In this document: piece by piece, positions 39,501 through 51,500 of the stretch
How the letters are laid out: every line of letters starts with the position of its first letter
How positions within the stretch are numbered: the stretch's first letter is position 1
Program-made: the position numbers and the translations under genes
NCBI GenBank assembly: GCA_965649765.1
Contig: OZ287750.1
Span: forward strand, 73,346,001 to 73,410,000
Origin: Bispira polyomma
Taxonomy: Eukaryota
Direction of reading: 5' to 3'
DNA length: 64,000 nt
Notes under the pieces: model-generated
Seen by the model: only the letters and a program-made list of their open reading frames with translations
The model's database searches: none
Told to the model about the DNA's origin: nothing

Positions 39501-42500
39501 TTGAAAATGTAGTGCACAGACTCTAAGACCCTCAGTTTGGCCAGGTCGATTGCGTCCAACCAATCCATGAAGGCCCTACATATTATTTTCAATATTGATG
39601 AACTTTTCTAATTTTATCTCAGCACCTAAACTGTATTTCAAAGAAGAGTGAAGTGGGACACTTGTACTTCAGAGACTTTCCTTGCTTCCTGGCTTTGCCT
39701 CATAATATAAATCTGACACGTCTCAGTTTTGCCGGGTCAATTGGTTCCAACCAATCCAGGAAGGCATTAGATATTTCCAAAATATTACCTACATTTCAGA
39801 ATGAAATCAATAGCCATATTCGAGTGGCGTGTCAGTACTTATTTTTTTGGTAAATTACATCACCAATACTTGTATCTTGGGATTCGGGTGGCACTTATCC
39901 GTAAAAAAAAATAAGTATTGAACTAATTCATATATATAGGTTGATAACTTCAGTAACTAACCCACGTGACATGATCTAAGGCCAGCTAAGGCTAAATATG
40001 TTTAATGAGAGATCTAATAGGGAGTGAAAAAAAGCTTGGGAAAAAAATATTTATGAAATGAAATTTTACATGAGCTATAACTTATTAGAGTTAGAAGTTT
40101 GTCTCTGTTTGTGAATAGTAACTTGAGACCTTTGAGCCATTTTTTGGTTTGTAAATAGCAACTTGAGACCTTTGTGCTATCTTTTCTACTACAATCAACA
40201 TTCTATGTTTTGACCTAAATGGCCTGCACCCTTACCTTATATGGTGGAACTGTAGGTTACATTTGCAATACTTAATTCTCTCATTTTACTGGCTTGCTTT
40301 TCATTGTAATGCGTATATGGGCGGAGCCTAAATACTCATTGGAAAACGACGCCAGTAGAGTAGCTCTCGGTTTTGCCGGGTCAATTGGTTCCAACCAATT
40401 CATGAAGGCATTATATATTTCCAAAATGTCTGCTGTATTTCAGAATGAAATCAATAACAGGCTAGACCTGATAAAAAAGAAATCTCGCATAAACAAAAAT
40501 CTTTTCAGTAAAACTATTCAAGCAACAAAGAAAGGTTTACCCTTTTCCTTAGAGAAGTGTATAACACTTTACAGATTTATAAAAAAAAACATCCCTGGCA
40601 TGGTATACAAATAATACTTGTATTATGAAACTCTAAAAGCCTGCTAACTGTAACCAGTAAGAACCCCAAGGCAAAAGCCTTAAGGTTTCATGTAGAACAG
40701 ATAGGCTATCGAACTTAAGACATATTCACACAGGGGTATCAGTGGGTGTAGCAGTAACACATCTGCCTCTGTTCTCATGTGTTTGAATCTTGGCTCTGGA
40801 CGAGTATGAGGGAGAGTTGGCAATATATTTGCCAGTGGCTTTTAGAAATAGGAAACATAGACCAACTACACTGCTCTCATTTCCTTGAGCTGGGAGCTCG
40901 GTGGTGTAGTGGTTAACACACTCGCCTTCCATCTATAAGGTCGTAAGTTCGAATCTTGAATCTTGTGTGGGAAAGACGGAACTAATATAAAAATTAATAT
41001 ATGAAATGCTTGCCTTCCCCACCAATAAAACTGACCATCATGGTATGACCCATACAATGTGTTTAAAGCAACATTAAACCCGAATCAATTAATCAATCAA
41101 TACAGTAGTGAACTGCCTGTCATAATATGAAACAAAACGTTTCAAGTAATTTTAAAACCAAAATCTAATCATTTTGACCCCTCCGTGCCACCGTAGTGAG
41201 TGAGCATGAGTCAGCATACATTAAATTTATACCACTTCTACTACTCTTCAATACATTTGGGTTTATAATTTATGGCTTAGATCATTTATACAGTGACAAC
41301 ACCCTATCAGTTCACCTCCTGTGTGACCTACAATAGATCATAGTCAAAGTCAACTGGCTTCTGGGAGGCGTGTTTTTCTACAATTCCCTATACAACTGTA
41401 GAGTCCCTTTTTGTCAGATATTTGATGATAAAGTTAGTTTTTGAATTAATTCATGCTTAGTTTATATGACTGAAATGACACAATAGAGTCAGTCATTCAG
41501 CGATATATTAAAATAATATAAATGCAAAATGCAAAGTGGACCATTCACATGTCTGGATGTTATAATGTTAATGTAATTTTCTTATTTCAAAGATAGGATC
41601 TAAGTTTTTAATTTAGTAAATTAAATGAACTTTAGTAGAACTCCTTGATTTATGGTCCAAATTCAAGGCAAAGACACCCATTTATGTAGAAGTCTAAAAC
41701 TATTTCTCACCCTTGTGTGTTGTAATTATATACTTAAACCCTCGTTGGGAAAAACAAACACAAAACAATTATACATGGATATAGAGGTCTGTAGGTCAGG
41801 TGAGACTTGGAAATGTTCTCATTTATAACCATAAATAACACCTCTTCTCCACCAGCCAGGGTTATATTATCATATAGTGGGTGAACTTTGTCTTCAAGGA
41901 CTTATCTCCAACTGTTTTTTGGCAGTTGTAGTTTTCAACTTTCTCTTACTGGCTAAATTGCTCTTAAATTATGGGGACATATTTTTCATGCAGACAACCA
42001 TGGGTTAATACAATGTACTACAAATAAGTTAGTATTGTAGTTGAGAAATTTGAATTTAATCAGAAATTTTGAGTGCTTAAAATGTGAGATTTAGTCTGCA
42101 CACCATTGCATGGATGTTTGATTATCAAACAAGCACAAGATTGTTATTAGTGAAGTCACTAACCATTGTGCTCGAGTATAATTGATTAATTGTCTACTTG
42201 AACCATTCCCATTCATAATTGTCAGTTAGTCTTTTGTAGTGCTGTATTTTATGCTTCATATAAAGGTATTATTTTCAGGAAGTTGATTTATGTGTAATTT
42301 AGAAGTAAAAGTAACATTTTGGTGGCAATAGAGGTTGGTGTTTAATTACTATAATTGTATATATTGAAGCATTCTTTGATTTAGAAGAAAGGGTGGTACA
42401 ATAACATTCTGGAGATATTCGTCTTGTTGGCATTTAAATAACCAAACAAAGCTCCACATATTCCTTAAGTTCAGCAGAACAGACAGTTATTCATGTATAA

Positions 42501-45500
42501 TGCCTGGGTCACATATGGAAGACGGTGCTGCAATTGGGACGATGAATGTTGAAAAATTTTGATTCTTGATCATTCTTCGTGAACATGGCAGGAAATTAAT
42601 TTTTTGTTATTAGGTCGGCGACTATCCACCAATACATTACTATCCCAGAGCCAACTACACCACAGGGGGATGAATGACATGTTTTGAGGGATAGGGAATT
42701 TCGATGGATGTGGAATGGGGAAGAAAGGCAAAAACGCAGCAGGAATTGGCTACCAAACTGGAGGAATTTCCAGGTTCACCGACATCCACTTTCTAAACTT
42801 TTAACATTGTGGGCTAGACATTTGAGAATCATGTCATGTATTTATGTATATATATTGGTTACAGCTTTCGCCGAATTATGGTTAGTTGGTTCTGAATATT
42901 TTATTAATATTACATTTATGAAGAATATACTTCAAATACTTAATTTGAATTTGAATAGTATTTAATATTGGTAATAATTAAAATAAACCATATTGCAATG
43001 GCTGGAAAAGGCATTCACATTTCATAGAACGTTTACATCATGTAGAATCATATATTGAATAGGTTATATAACATGGTTAACACTTTAATTTTACAGATAT
43101 CACCCCTTGTTACATATATCTCCTCCATTATGGGTTTAAATCTCACATATGTGGGAGAGTAGGAAGTAGACTTGCTGAAGGTCAGTGGTTTACAGAGCAG
43201 AAAACTTTGACCTATCCTGATTTCCTCCAGCACTGAACTACTGGTCATGATATGGCACAAGACATTTTAAAAACGATGTGAATCCAAAATAAACCACGAA
43301 ACTGAGAGTATACATTTTTGTGAATAAACAGAGCTTTTGTATATACATATCAGTATTACCACACACCTTTATAGGTACATATCAGTATTACCACATACCT
43401 TTGTATGTACATATCAGTATTACTACATACCTTTATAGGTACATATCAGTATTACTACATACCTTTATAGGTACATATCAGTATTACCACATACCTTTGT
43501 GTGTACACAAATCAGTATTACCACATACCTTTGTATATAAACAGAGATGAGTATTACCACATACCTTTATAGGTACACATATCAGTATTACCACATACCT
43601 TTGTAGGTACACAGATCAGTATTACCAAGAGGTCAGCCACTGCTAAGTTACAGATGTAGATGTTGGTTACTGTCGTCCTACCCATAAACTTAGTCACTGT
43701 CACAATGACTAAGATATTTCCTGAAAATATATATTAAAAAAATACATGCTAGGAGAGGTAAAAGTTTTATTGTCATGGCTGGCTGTATATTTAAACATTT
43801 TTGGGATAGAATGGAATATGTAACAAAGCTATAATTTACAGCTTTGTAAGCATAACAAGCATCTCAATATAGAAATGCAGAGGTAGACAAGGAGTTTAAG
43901 CATGCAAATATGTGAGATACAGGTTCATCTGAACAAGTGACTGTTATGTTACTCTATTTTGACCATCTATTATTTTTCAGGTCATATGTATGTTCTTTAC
44001 CACACAAAACATCAATACTGACTAACACGAAAATCCCCCCCCCCCCAAGCACTCACCAAGCAATATATTAATTGTGACTTGAATCCCCTTCCCCAAACGC
44101 TTACCAAACAGCCTCACCAAGAAAATCACACCGTACACCACCCCTCAGGTGTTCTCTCCCACTCTCACTTAACAATTACCTCCACCAAGAAGATTACACC
44201 ATACACCACCTCTTTGACAATCAGGTGTTCTCTCTCATTCTTACTTACTAATTACCTCCACCAAGAAGATTACACCACACACCACCTCTTTGACAATCAG
44301 GTGTTCTCTCTCATTCTTACTTACTAATTACCTCCACCAAGAAGATCAACCACACACCACCTGTTTGACAATCAGGTGTTCTCTCTCATTCTTACTTACT
44401 AATTACCTCCACCAAGAAGATCAACCATACACCACCTCTTTGACAATCAAGTGTTTTTTTCTTTCACTCTTACTTACCAAACAACCCCACCAAGAAGATC
44501 ACACCATAAACCACCCCTTTGATAATCGTGTGCTCTTTCTCGCTCTTTCTCTTCTCATCTGCTCTCTGTTCGCTGTGTATCCTGTTCAGCTCATCTACGG
44601 TCTTGTTACAAATCCCATTACACACACAGATGTACTCCGTCCTCTCCATGTCCAGATCGCAGACATCGTAGATGATATCCAGACAGGCCAGCAGTCCGTT
44701 ATCTCCCCAGCCCTCCATGTTTTCACAGTCAAAATCTTCATTTGGATTTTTCACGGTGACGGAGGACTGTGTCGCGTCTTCATCCGGGCAATTATTCTGG
44801 CAGATGCAAGGGAACTCTTGCACGCCCATTCCACAGGTGAGAGTAACATGTCGGAAGCAAACGCGAGGATCTAGCAAGGACCACTCAGACGTGTCGGAAC
44901 AGTTTATAGGAGGGTCAGTAGGTGGAGCTAGTATACTGGGTGAGGTCATGACAACAGTGCTAGTGATGTTATGATCTTCAGTGTCCATTGATGTGACAGC
45001 TGAAATGGTCTGTTCATCAGGGTCTACTGTACTATGTAGGGCACCTGTATAACAGGAAGAATGAAAGATATTGTGTAAAGGTGGAAATTTTAGATGGAAG
45101 AAAATGCCACAATTTGTGAGAACTTTACTGGAATTAAGTTTCATTATTGGCTACGTTTTGATTAAATTATTAACATAAGTTCAAGTCTTTATTGGGAATT
45201 AATGTTCACTCTCTCAATGCATTAGCTAAACATCTCAATTACTTCCTGGTGAATATTTCCATTTACTTTCCAGTCAAAATTTCCATTTACTACCCAGTAA
45301 AATTTTTAATTACTTCCCAGTGAAAATTTCCAAATACTTCCTGGTGAAAATGTCTACAAGGACTGTATATCTGGAGAAACAGATATTTCTTAAGTTGTCA
45401 TATTAGCAGGTATACAATCTGAAAATTACAATGTTTTCTAATAGGAATGCATCTGTATTGTTACCTCCGCCAAGGAGATGACGTTTTTGTCTGTGTGTCT

Positions 45501-48500
45501 CTTGGTTTGGTTGGTTTGTTGTCAGGATTACATTGAAACCACTGAACAGATTGACATTAAATGATTTTAAATCTTTATTACTTTGGCATTTCACAAAACT
45601 TTTTAATTATTACAGCATGAAATTAGGTGATTGAAGAAGGATTCGTCATTTTTATTGTAGATTATGATAAAAGGGCGGTTGGGATTTTTGGTCACCATGA
45701 CGTCTTGGTACAGGTATGCTCTTCTGAGAGCCCTTCTAAAGTCCCAACTGTTATGGCTTACAGGATGAATTAGACATTGTATATCAGATCAACTAACTTA
45801 GTATAGATTAACTGGCCTTTTAATTGTTGTAATTGTATTTTGCATTTTTAACAAGCCTTATTGATGTGCTAAGATGCAACAACATAATGAATCAACCAAT
45901 CAAGAAGGCTGAAACACAAAGCCAGGTCATACATAATTAAGGATGTATGGATGTACTGGAGTAAGTAGGATAAGTGAGTTTGAAAAGATGAGTTTTAAGT
46001 TTTTTAAGTCTTCTAAACCCAGAAAGTGTTTGTAATTATCTAAGTTCAACTAAGAGACTATCAATTTATGAATATTTCATTTGTGTTATTTTTTCATAAA
46101 ACTAATAGCTAGCTCTTGCCTGTGGGTTTGACTGGGAAAAAGCCGACATAAGTAACACACACAGTATATGAGGTTCGCTATGACACGCGTCACAAAGAGG
46201 AAGTCTGAAATGGTGAATTCAGTCAAGAAGGATACCTTTATTTGCAAAAATGAAGTATAAGTTAAGAATATACCTTTAAAATAGCTAATCAGAAAATTCT
46301 ATGAAAGAGCCCTAAACGTTCCTACAGCAAAAACGTGTACCCTTAATTGTTTGTCACAAAGTACACATTAGATTTACCATGGAATTTACTAGCCAGCATA
46401 AATTTTTGTAATAAAAAGTGCCTCCATTGACACACCTGCACTTTTATTAGTGATTTTCAGTGCACCCAATAAAAGGACTGCAAATTTCATTTCGAAACAT
46501 TCAGCATGAAAAGCCATTGGAATACAGTGAGAACGACTTGTGTAAACTCAGCCATCGTCTATCAAGATTTTTTTATATTTTCCCTTGTTCATGCTTTTTT
46601 TTGTTTTCGGGTGGGTTTTGAACGAAGTGATATATGTCAAGTAATATAAGCTATAACTAAATTACATAGGATTTAATTTCGACAAAACACTTGCTAATGT
46701 ACAGGTTTTATGTTTTAATTTATATCTGTGGAGTGACAAGGGGAGTGATCAAAGTGGCAGATATCTGTGACAAGAGTCTGATATATAAATGTAGTGAGTC
46801 ATAATGCTTACAGTCACACCACGACGGTTGATTTTTCACAATAATCAATGTTAGTCCCGGTTAACCAGGGTAAAGGAACCGCGCTGTCAATCATTATCAA
46901 AATACCTCAGTCCATATCTCACCCCTTACTCTCAGTAAGTCAATACCTGTCCTGGTAATCCTGCGAATTATTTCTCAATGTTTCTACCTTTTGATCGCAG
47001 CACACACAGTTCAAAAGTCCATCATTTTAATTGTAGTTTCTCATTGGCTGCATCCAAGTTATGGAATGACCTACCATTAGATATTAGATGATCACCTTCT
47101 CTTTCAACTTTTAAAAGCCATCTCAAGACTCATCTCTATCAAAAAGCTTATCCATCCTGACACGGTCTTACTATTACCGACTCCCTCCCTGGAAACGACC
47201 CCTTTTCCATCCACCATAACATCATTACTGAATAACGATTCTGATTTTTTGTGCCTTAGAATCCACTAATTGTTATTACGGAATTGATTAGATTAGATAA
47301 GATTACCAATCTGCAGTTGAGCTAAGATAACTAGAAACACTTGTCAATTTTAGGAAAAAATTCCTTCTCTTGTATACCCCCTCATCTTTTCTTACGACCT
47401 GGATTGGTTTATGGCCAGCTTTTTCAATATACACAACAATAAAAAATTAATTAATGTTTGTCCTTGTTAATCAGGGCAAAGAAACACAACATGCAGGAAG
47501 TATCGAGGGCCAATCAAGTTATAAACTGACAATCATAACGGATCTACGATCTAGGTGGATGGGTATCAAGGGTAGAGTGATGGGGGACAGGGTTTACCAC
47601 TGACAATCATCACAGATCTACGCCCTAGGGGTATGGTTATCAAGGGTAGAGTGATGGGGGACAGGGTTTACCACTGACAATCATCACGGATCTACACCCT
47701 TGGGGGATGATTATCGAGGGTATAGTGATGGGAACAGTGTGTACCACTGACAATCATCATGGATCTACGCCCTTGGGGGATGGGTATCGAGGGTAGAGTG
47801 ATGGGAACAGAGTTTACCACCGAAAATCATCATGGATCTACGCCCTAGGGGGATGGGTCTCAAGGGTAAAGAGATGGGAACAGGGTTTACCACTGACAAT
47901 CAGGGTATTACATGAGTACCACAGAGGAATCAAATATTTAAACAACAGTGACAAAAGCATTTCATGGTTTACCATGGTGAGCGAGGACCAATCACATTGT
48001 CCTTGTTAACCAGGGCTAAGATTATGGTTAATCACGGATACAATTCAAAACCTATGGTTTTCGTTCACGGTTTTCTAAGGTCATTCAAGGAAGAATATTT
48101 AGTACTGTAGTCCAGGGTTTCAACACTGTAGGGTTTTTGAACGGTGAACCTTGCCCACTTTATATATTAACATAAAGCATTGACCGACAGGTGTTCTCTA
48201 ATTTCATCTAACGGCTCTTGTTTTTAATGTGAGAGTTGAGGTAAAACTGAACTTCTATAATATAAACAAGTCCTGGTTTGGGGACCAGTGTGAGGAAGAA
48301 ATAGTGTTTATTTACCAACGAGATAATCTGGTGTTGTGGGCTGAAAATTGCTAATTTCATATAAAGGGTCTCGTTTATACTGTTACTTAGGGTAAACCTA
48401 GATTTTTAAAAGTATAAATAAGTCCTGAATTGGTTAAGAACATGTGCGTACAATAATGTTTATTTACTGTACATCTGATATTGGGAGTACTAATTAACCC

Positions 48501-51500
48501 TTGCCTGACTGTAACAGTCAACTGCTTCAGTTACTGATATCCAAGGCACTAGGCAAATGTGTATACATATCTTGTCCAAGGATATTATCCCACAAAAGAA
48601 ACTAGTGGCCGGTACAGGGATTAGAACCCAGGACCTTCCAATGATCAGACCAACTCCCTAACCACTAGGCATGGGCATACTATATATCATTTTTAAAACT
48701 TGTTAGTTTCAGCAGAGGTCTTCCATTCTACGATGACGATCTGTCTCCTCTATTCTGATTAGTTTAAAAGTATGTTAAAACCAACACACAGGAACAGTCA
48801 CCACTCTTTTCCTCAAAAGTAAACTTATGCCCAGTTAAATACTTTGTCCAATAACGTGGCTTTGTGTTATTAATATAGAAAATTAATTTAATTTTGTTCA
48901 CCCATGCCTTCACTTGTGGTTTTTATGTTAGAATATGCTATTTATATTTATATATGCTTGCACCTGTATCGTCATAGAATATAGTCCTCTAGTTTCTTAT
49001 TTTTTAATAACTTTAATTCTCATCATTAAAAATTGTTTTCAAGCTGACAACTCATGCTTTTTTCATTAAAATGGTATTCCTATATATATACCTTATGAAA
49101 AGAATATACTATTTTGAATCTGGTAATATTTTAAAGAAGCACAAGTCCTTTTGACAACCTTTGAAACTTTAATAATAAAAATTTCATATGAAAACATAAA
49201 AGTGCAAAACTTAGTCAGTTGCTAATTTTTTCCCCGCAGTTTCAATGGAAATATCTCTTCCTTTTTTTTCTTTTTTCACCTCGCTTGTTTGATAAAAACC
49301 TAAAAACTATATTTTTTGTCACGTGCATACACAAGTTAATAGTAAGTTACCAAGTGTGCTTTAAATTAGACACAGATAAACTCTACATGTACATCAGAAT
49401 TCTATGTAAATTTGAATAGGACTTATTTCAGTATTACTTTTTCAACAAAATATTATGTTTCCTAATTGATTATTAAAGCCAGCGTCACACATGCGCGTCT
49501 CACACAGACGACAAAAATGCATAACAGTGTTGCGATAATTTGTCAGCAATTGTCTCCATTCTTCGTGGTCAGTCCCCTGAAAAAAAAAGTGGCCATTCAA
49601 CTCCATCATCGAGACAGTAGGACGACAACCAGGAGACACAGATATGACATTTATGAGACCACAGTGAAACAGTATTGAGACTAGGATAAGACAATGGTAC
49701 GACAAATGATGATTTTTGGTTGTTAAGTGACAGAGATGAGACTACTGTGTGACATTAATGCGATTTGTGTATATCATTGTTGTTTCATTGTCTGTTTCAT
49801 GTCCACTGCATCTCACCTACATGTGCCTACTGTCCATTTACCGTCAGCTATGATACGACACCAAGGTGACAGGGTGGCAATTTTAAAGACAAAGATGACC
49901 CAATATAGGAATAACACACGACAAACAATGGTATTTTACCATGATTCAAGGTTTAAGCCTAGAAAGGCGAATTTTTTGAAGAATATTCCTATTTGAACAT
50001 GCCAAAATAATGAAAAAGATGAACCTTACTTTATGTTAATAAAATAGTCATCTGTTTTATTTATAAATGCACACAAACACCGGCTGTTCCATCTTACTTA
50101 CGTTTGCATTTGGTACTGATGGAACAGCCTATGAGTATATACCGGATATTAGCGACACGAGGGAAAGCCTTTTACCAAGCCAATTCACCTATGCAGTGTA
50201 GAGATCTCCCCGAAGAAAGAAACAAAAATCGTCTATACTAAAACCAGGGCATAAAGGTAATAGGTGCTACATATCAACATTCACACAGGGGGCATTTTTG
50301 CATTACATTAAGTTCGCAAATCTCCGTAAGATTTCAGGGAGAAATCTCTACACTGTATGTTGGAAGGGGCCTCAAGCAAACAGGGCTTTTCATAGATTTC
50401 TTTGCTTGAATCTAACTGTTTTAAATTGAAATGTTATATCATTTTTAACAAGTGAGTGTAGTTAGAATATATATCGCAAGAGGCAGTGTATCAGTTGAAC
50501 AAAACGCTGTGCATTCTAGTTGTCAGGGTTAAACTAAAACCATCAACATTCAGCAAGTCTGCTGCCAGCATTTCCACATACACACCAATTTAAGGATCAA
50601 ATGTGATATATCTATAACAAAAGAGATAGAACTTCAATGTTTTCTAGAAATAATATTGATTAGTTAAGACTTCTTTGTGGCATAGTGGACTTAAAAACTG
50701 ACAAGATTACTGATCTTAAAACGTCATTTGCTGAAATAAGTGACTTTGATAAAGACAGTTAAGAAACCAAAATAGTGTAGTGAAAATACATTATCACCAC
50801 AGAAAATGTATATACTTTTAAAGATGTAATTGTATATGTAATGAATGAATGTTTATTTATATTTAAAATCTTTATGAAATCCCTTAATTTAACAGTGCAC
50901 CTCTTCCCTCAATGCTAAAAAAAAAATAAGATAAAAATCTTTGAGGAAAGGTTTACATAATGTTTGTGTCATTTATCATAAAACTTGTGTAATTAATCAA
51001 AATACTCTGTAAGCTCGCAGCGTGAAGTTGAGTGAACTTTTTACTGGAAAAATCACTTCATTTATCATTTAAATGATCTATTTGTAATCTTATTTTTGAT
51101 CAAAAACACTTTGAATTTGATTTATATATAGACCCCATATTTTTTTACTGCCAATGAATGTAGTTGTAACTTCCCCACCAAGTCCCTCCTCACACAACCC
51201 AGGATTTCATCATCGATAACATATTTTTCTATTAAAAAAAATTCTATAAAAGTAAAATAATCATTTTGATTTGGGGTCTGAACTTTACAGGTAGTAGTAG
51301 TTGTCCTACATTTCACTTTAAGTTAGCACGATAGGTTTTGAATGAAGTATAAAAAGACTTGTCATTTGATAATATCTAGTGTAATAAAAAAGGATTTGAC
51401 ATCAGCCGTAAATCATGAAACAAAAACAAAATTTAGAAATTTAGAAAAAAAACACGGCATTAAAAGACTCGCAAAAAGAAAAGATTGAAAAACAAACATG

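Noticed and set aside
42420-42800. Slightly GC-richer coding-like stretch (also 58186-58557)
   Set aside because: Multiple stops and no identifiable family; probably decayed TE sequence.
44079-44974. Plus-strand ORFs of 82, 194 and 100 aa
   Set aside because: Antisense shadows of GPCR exon 2 and its repeat array.
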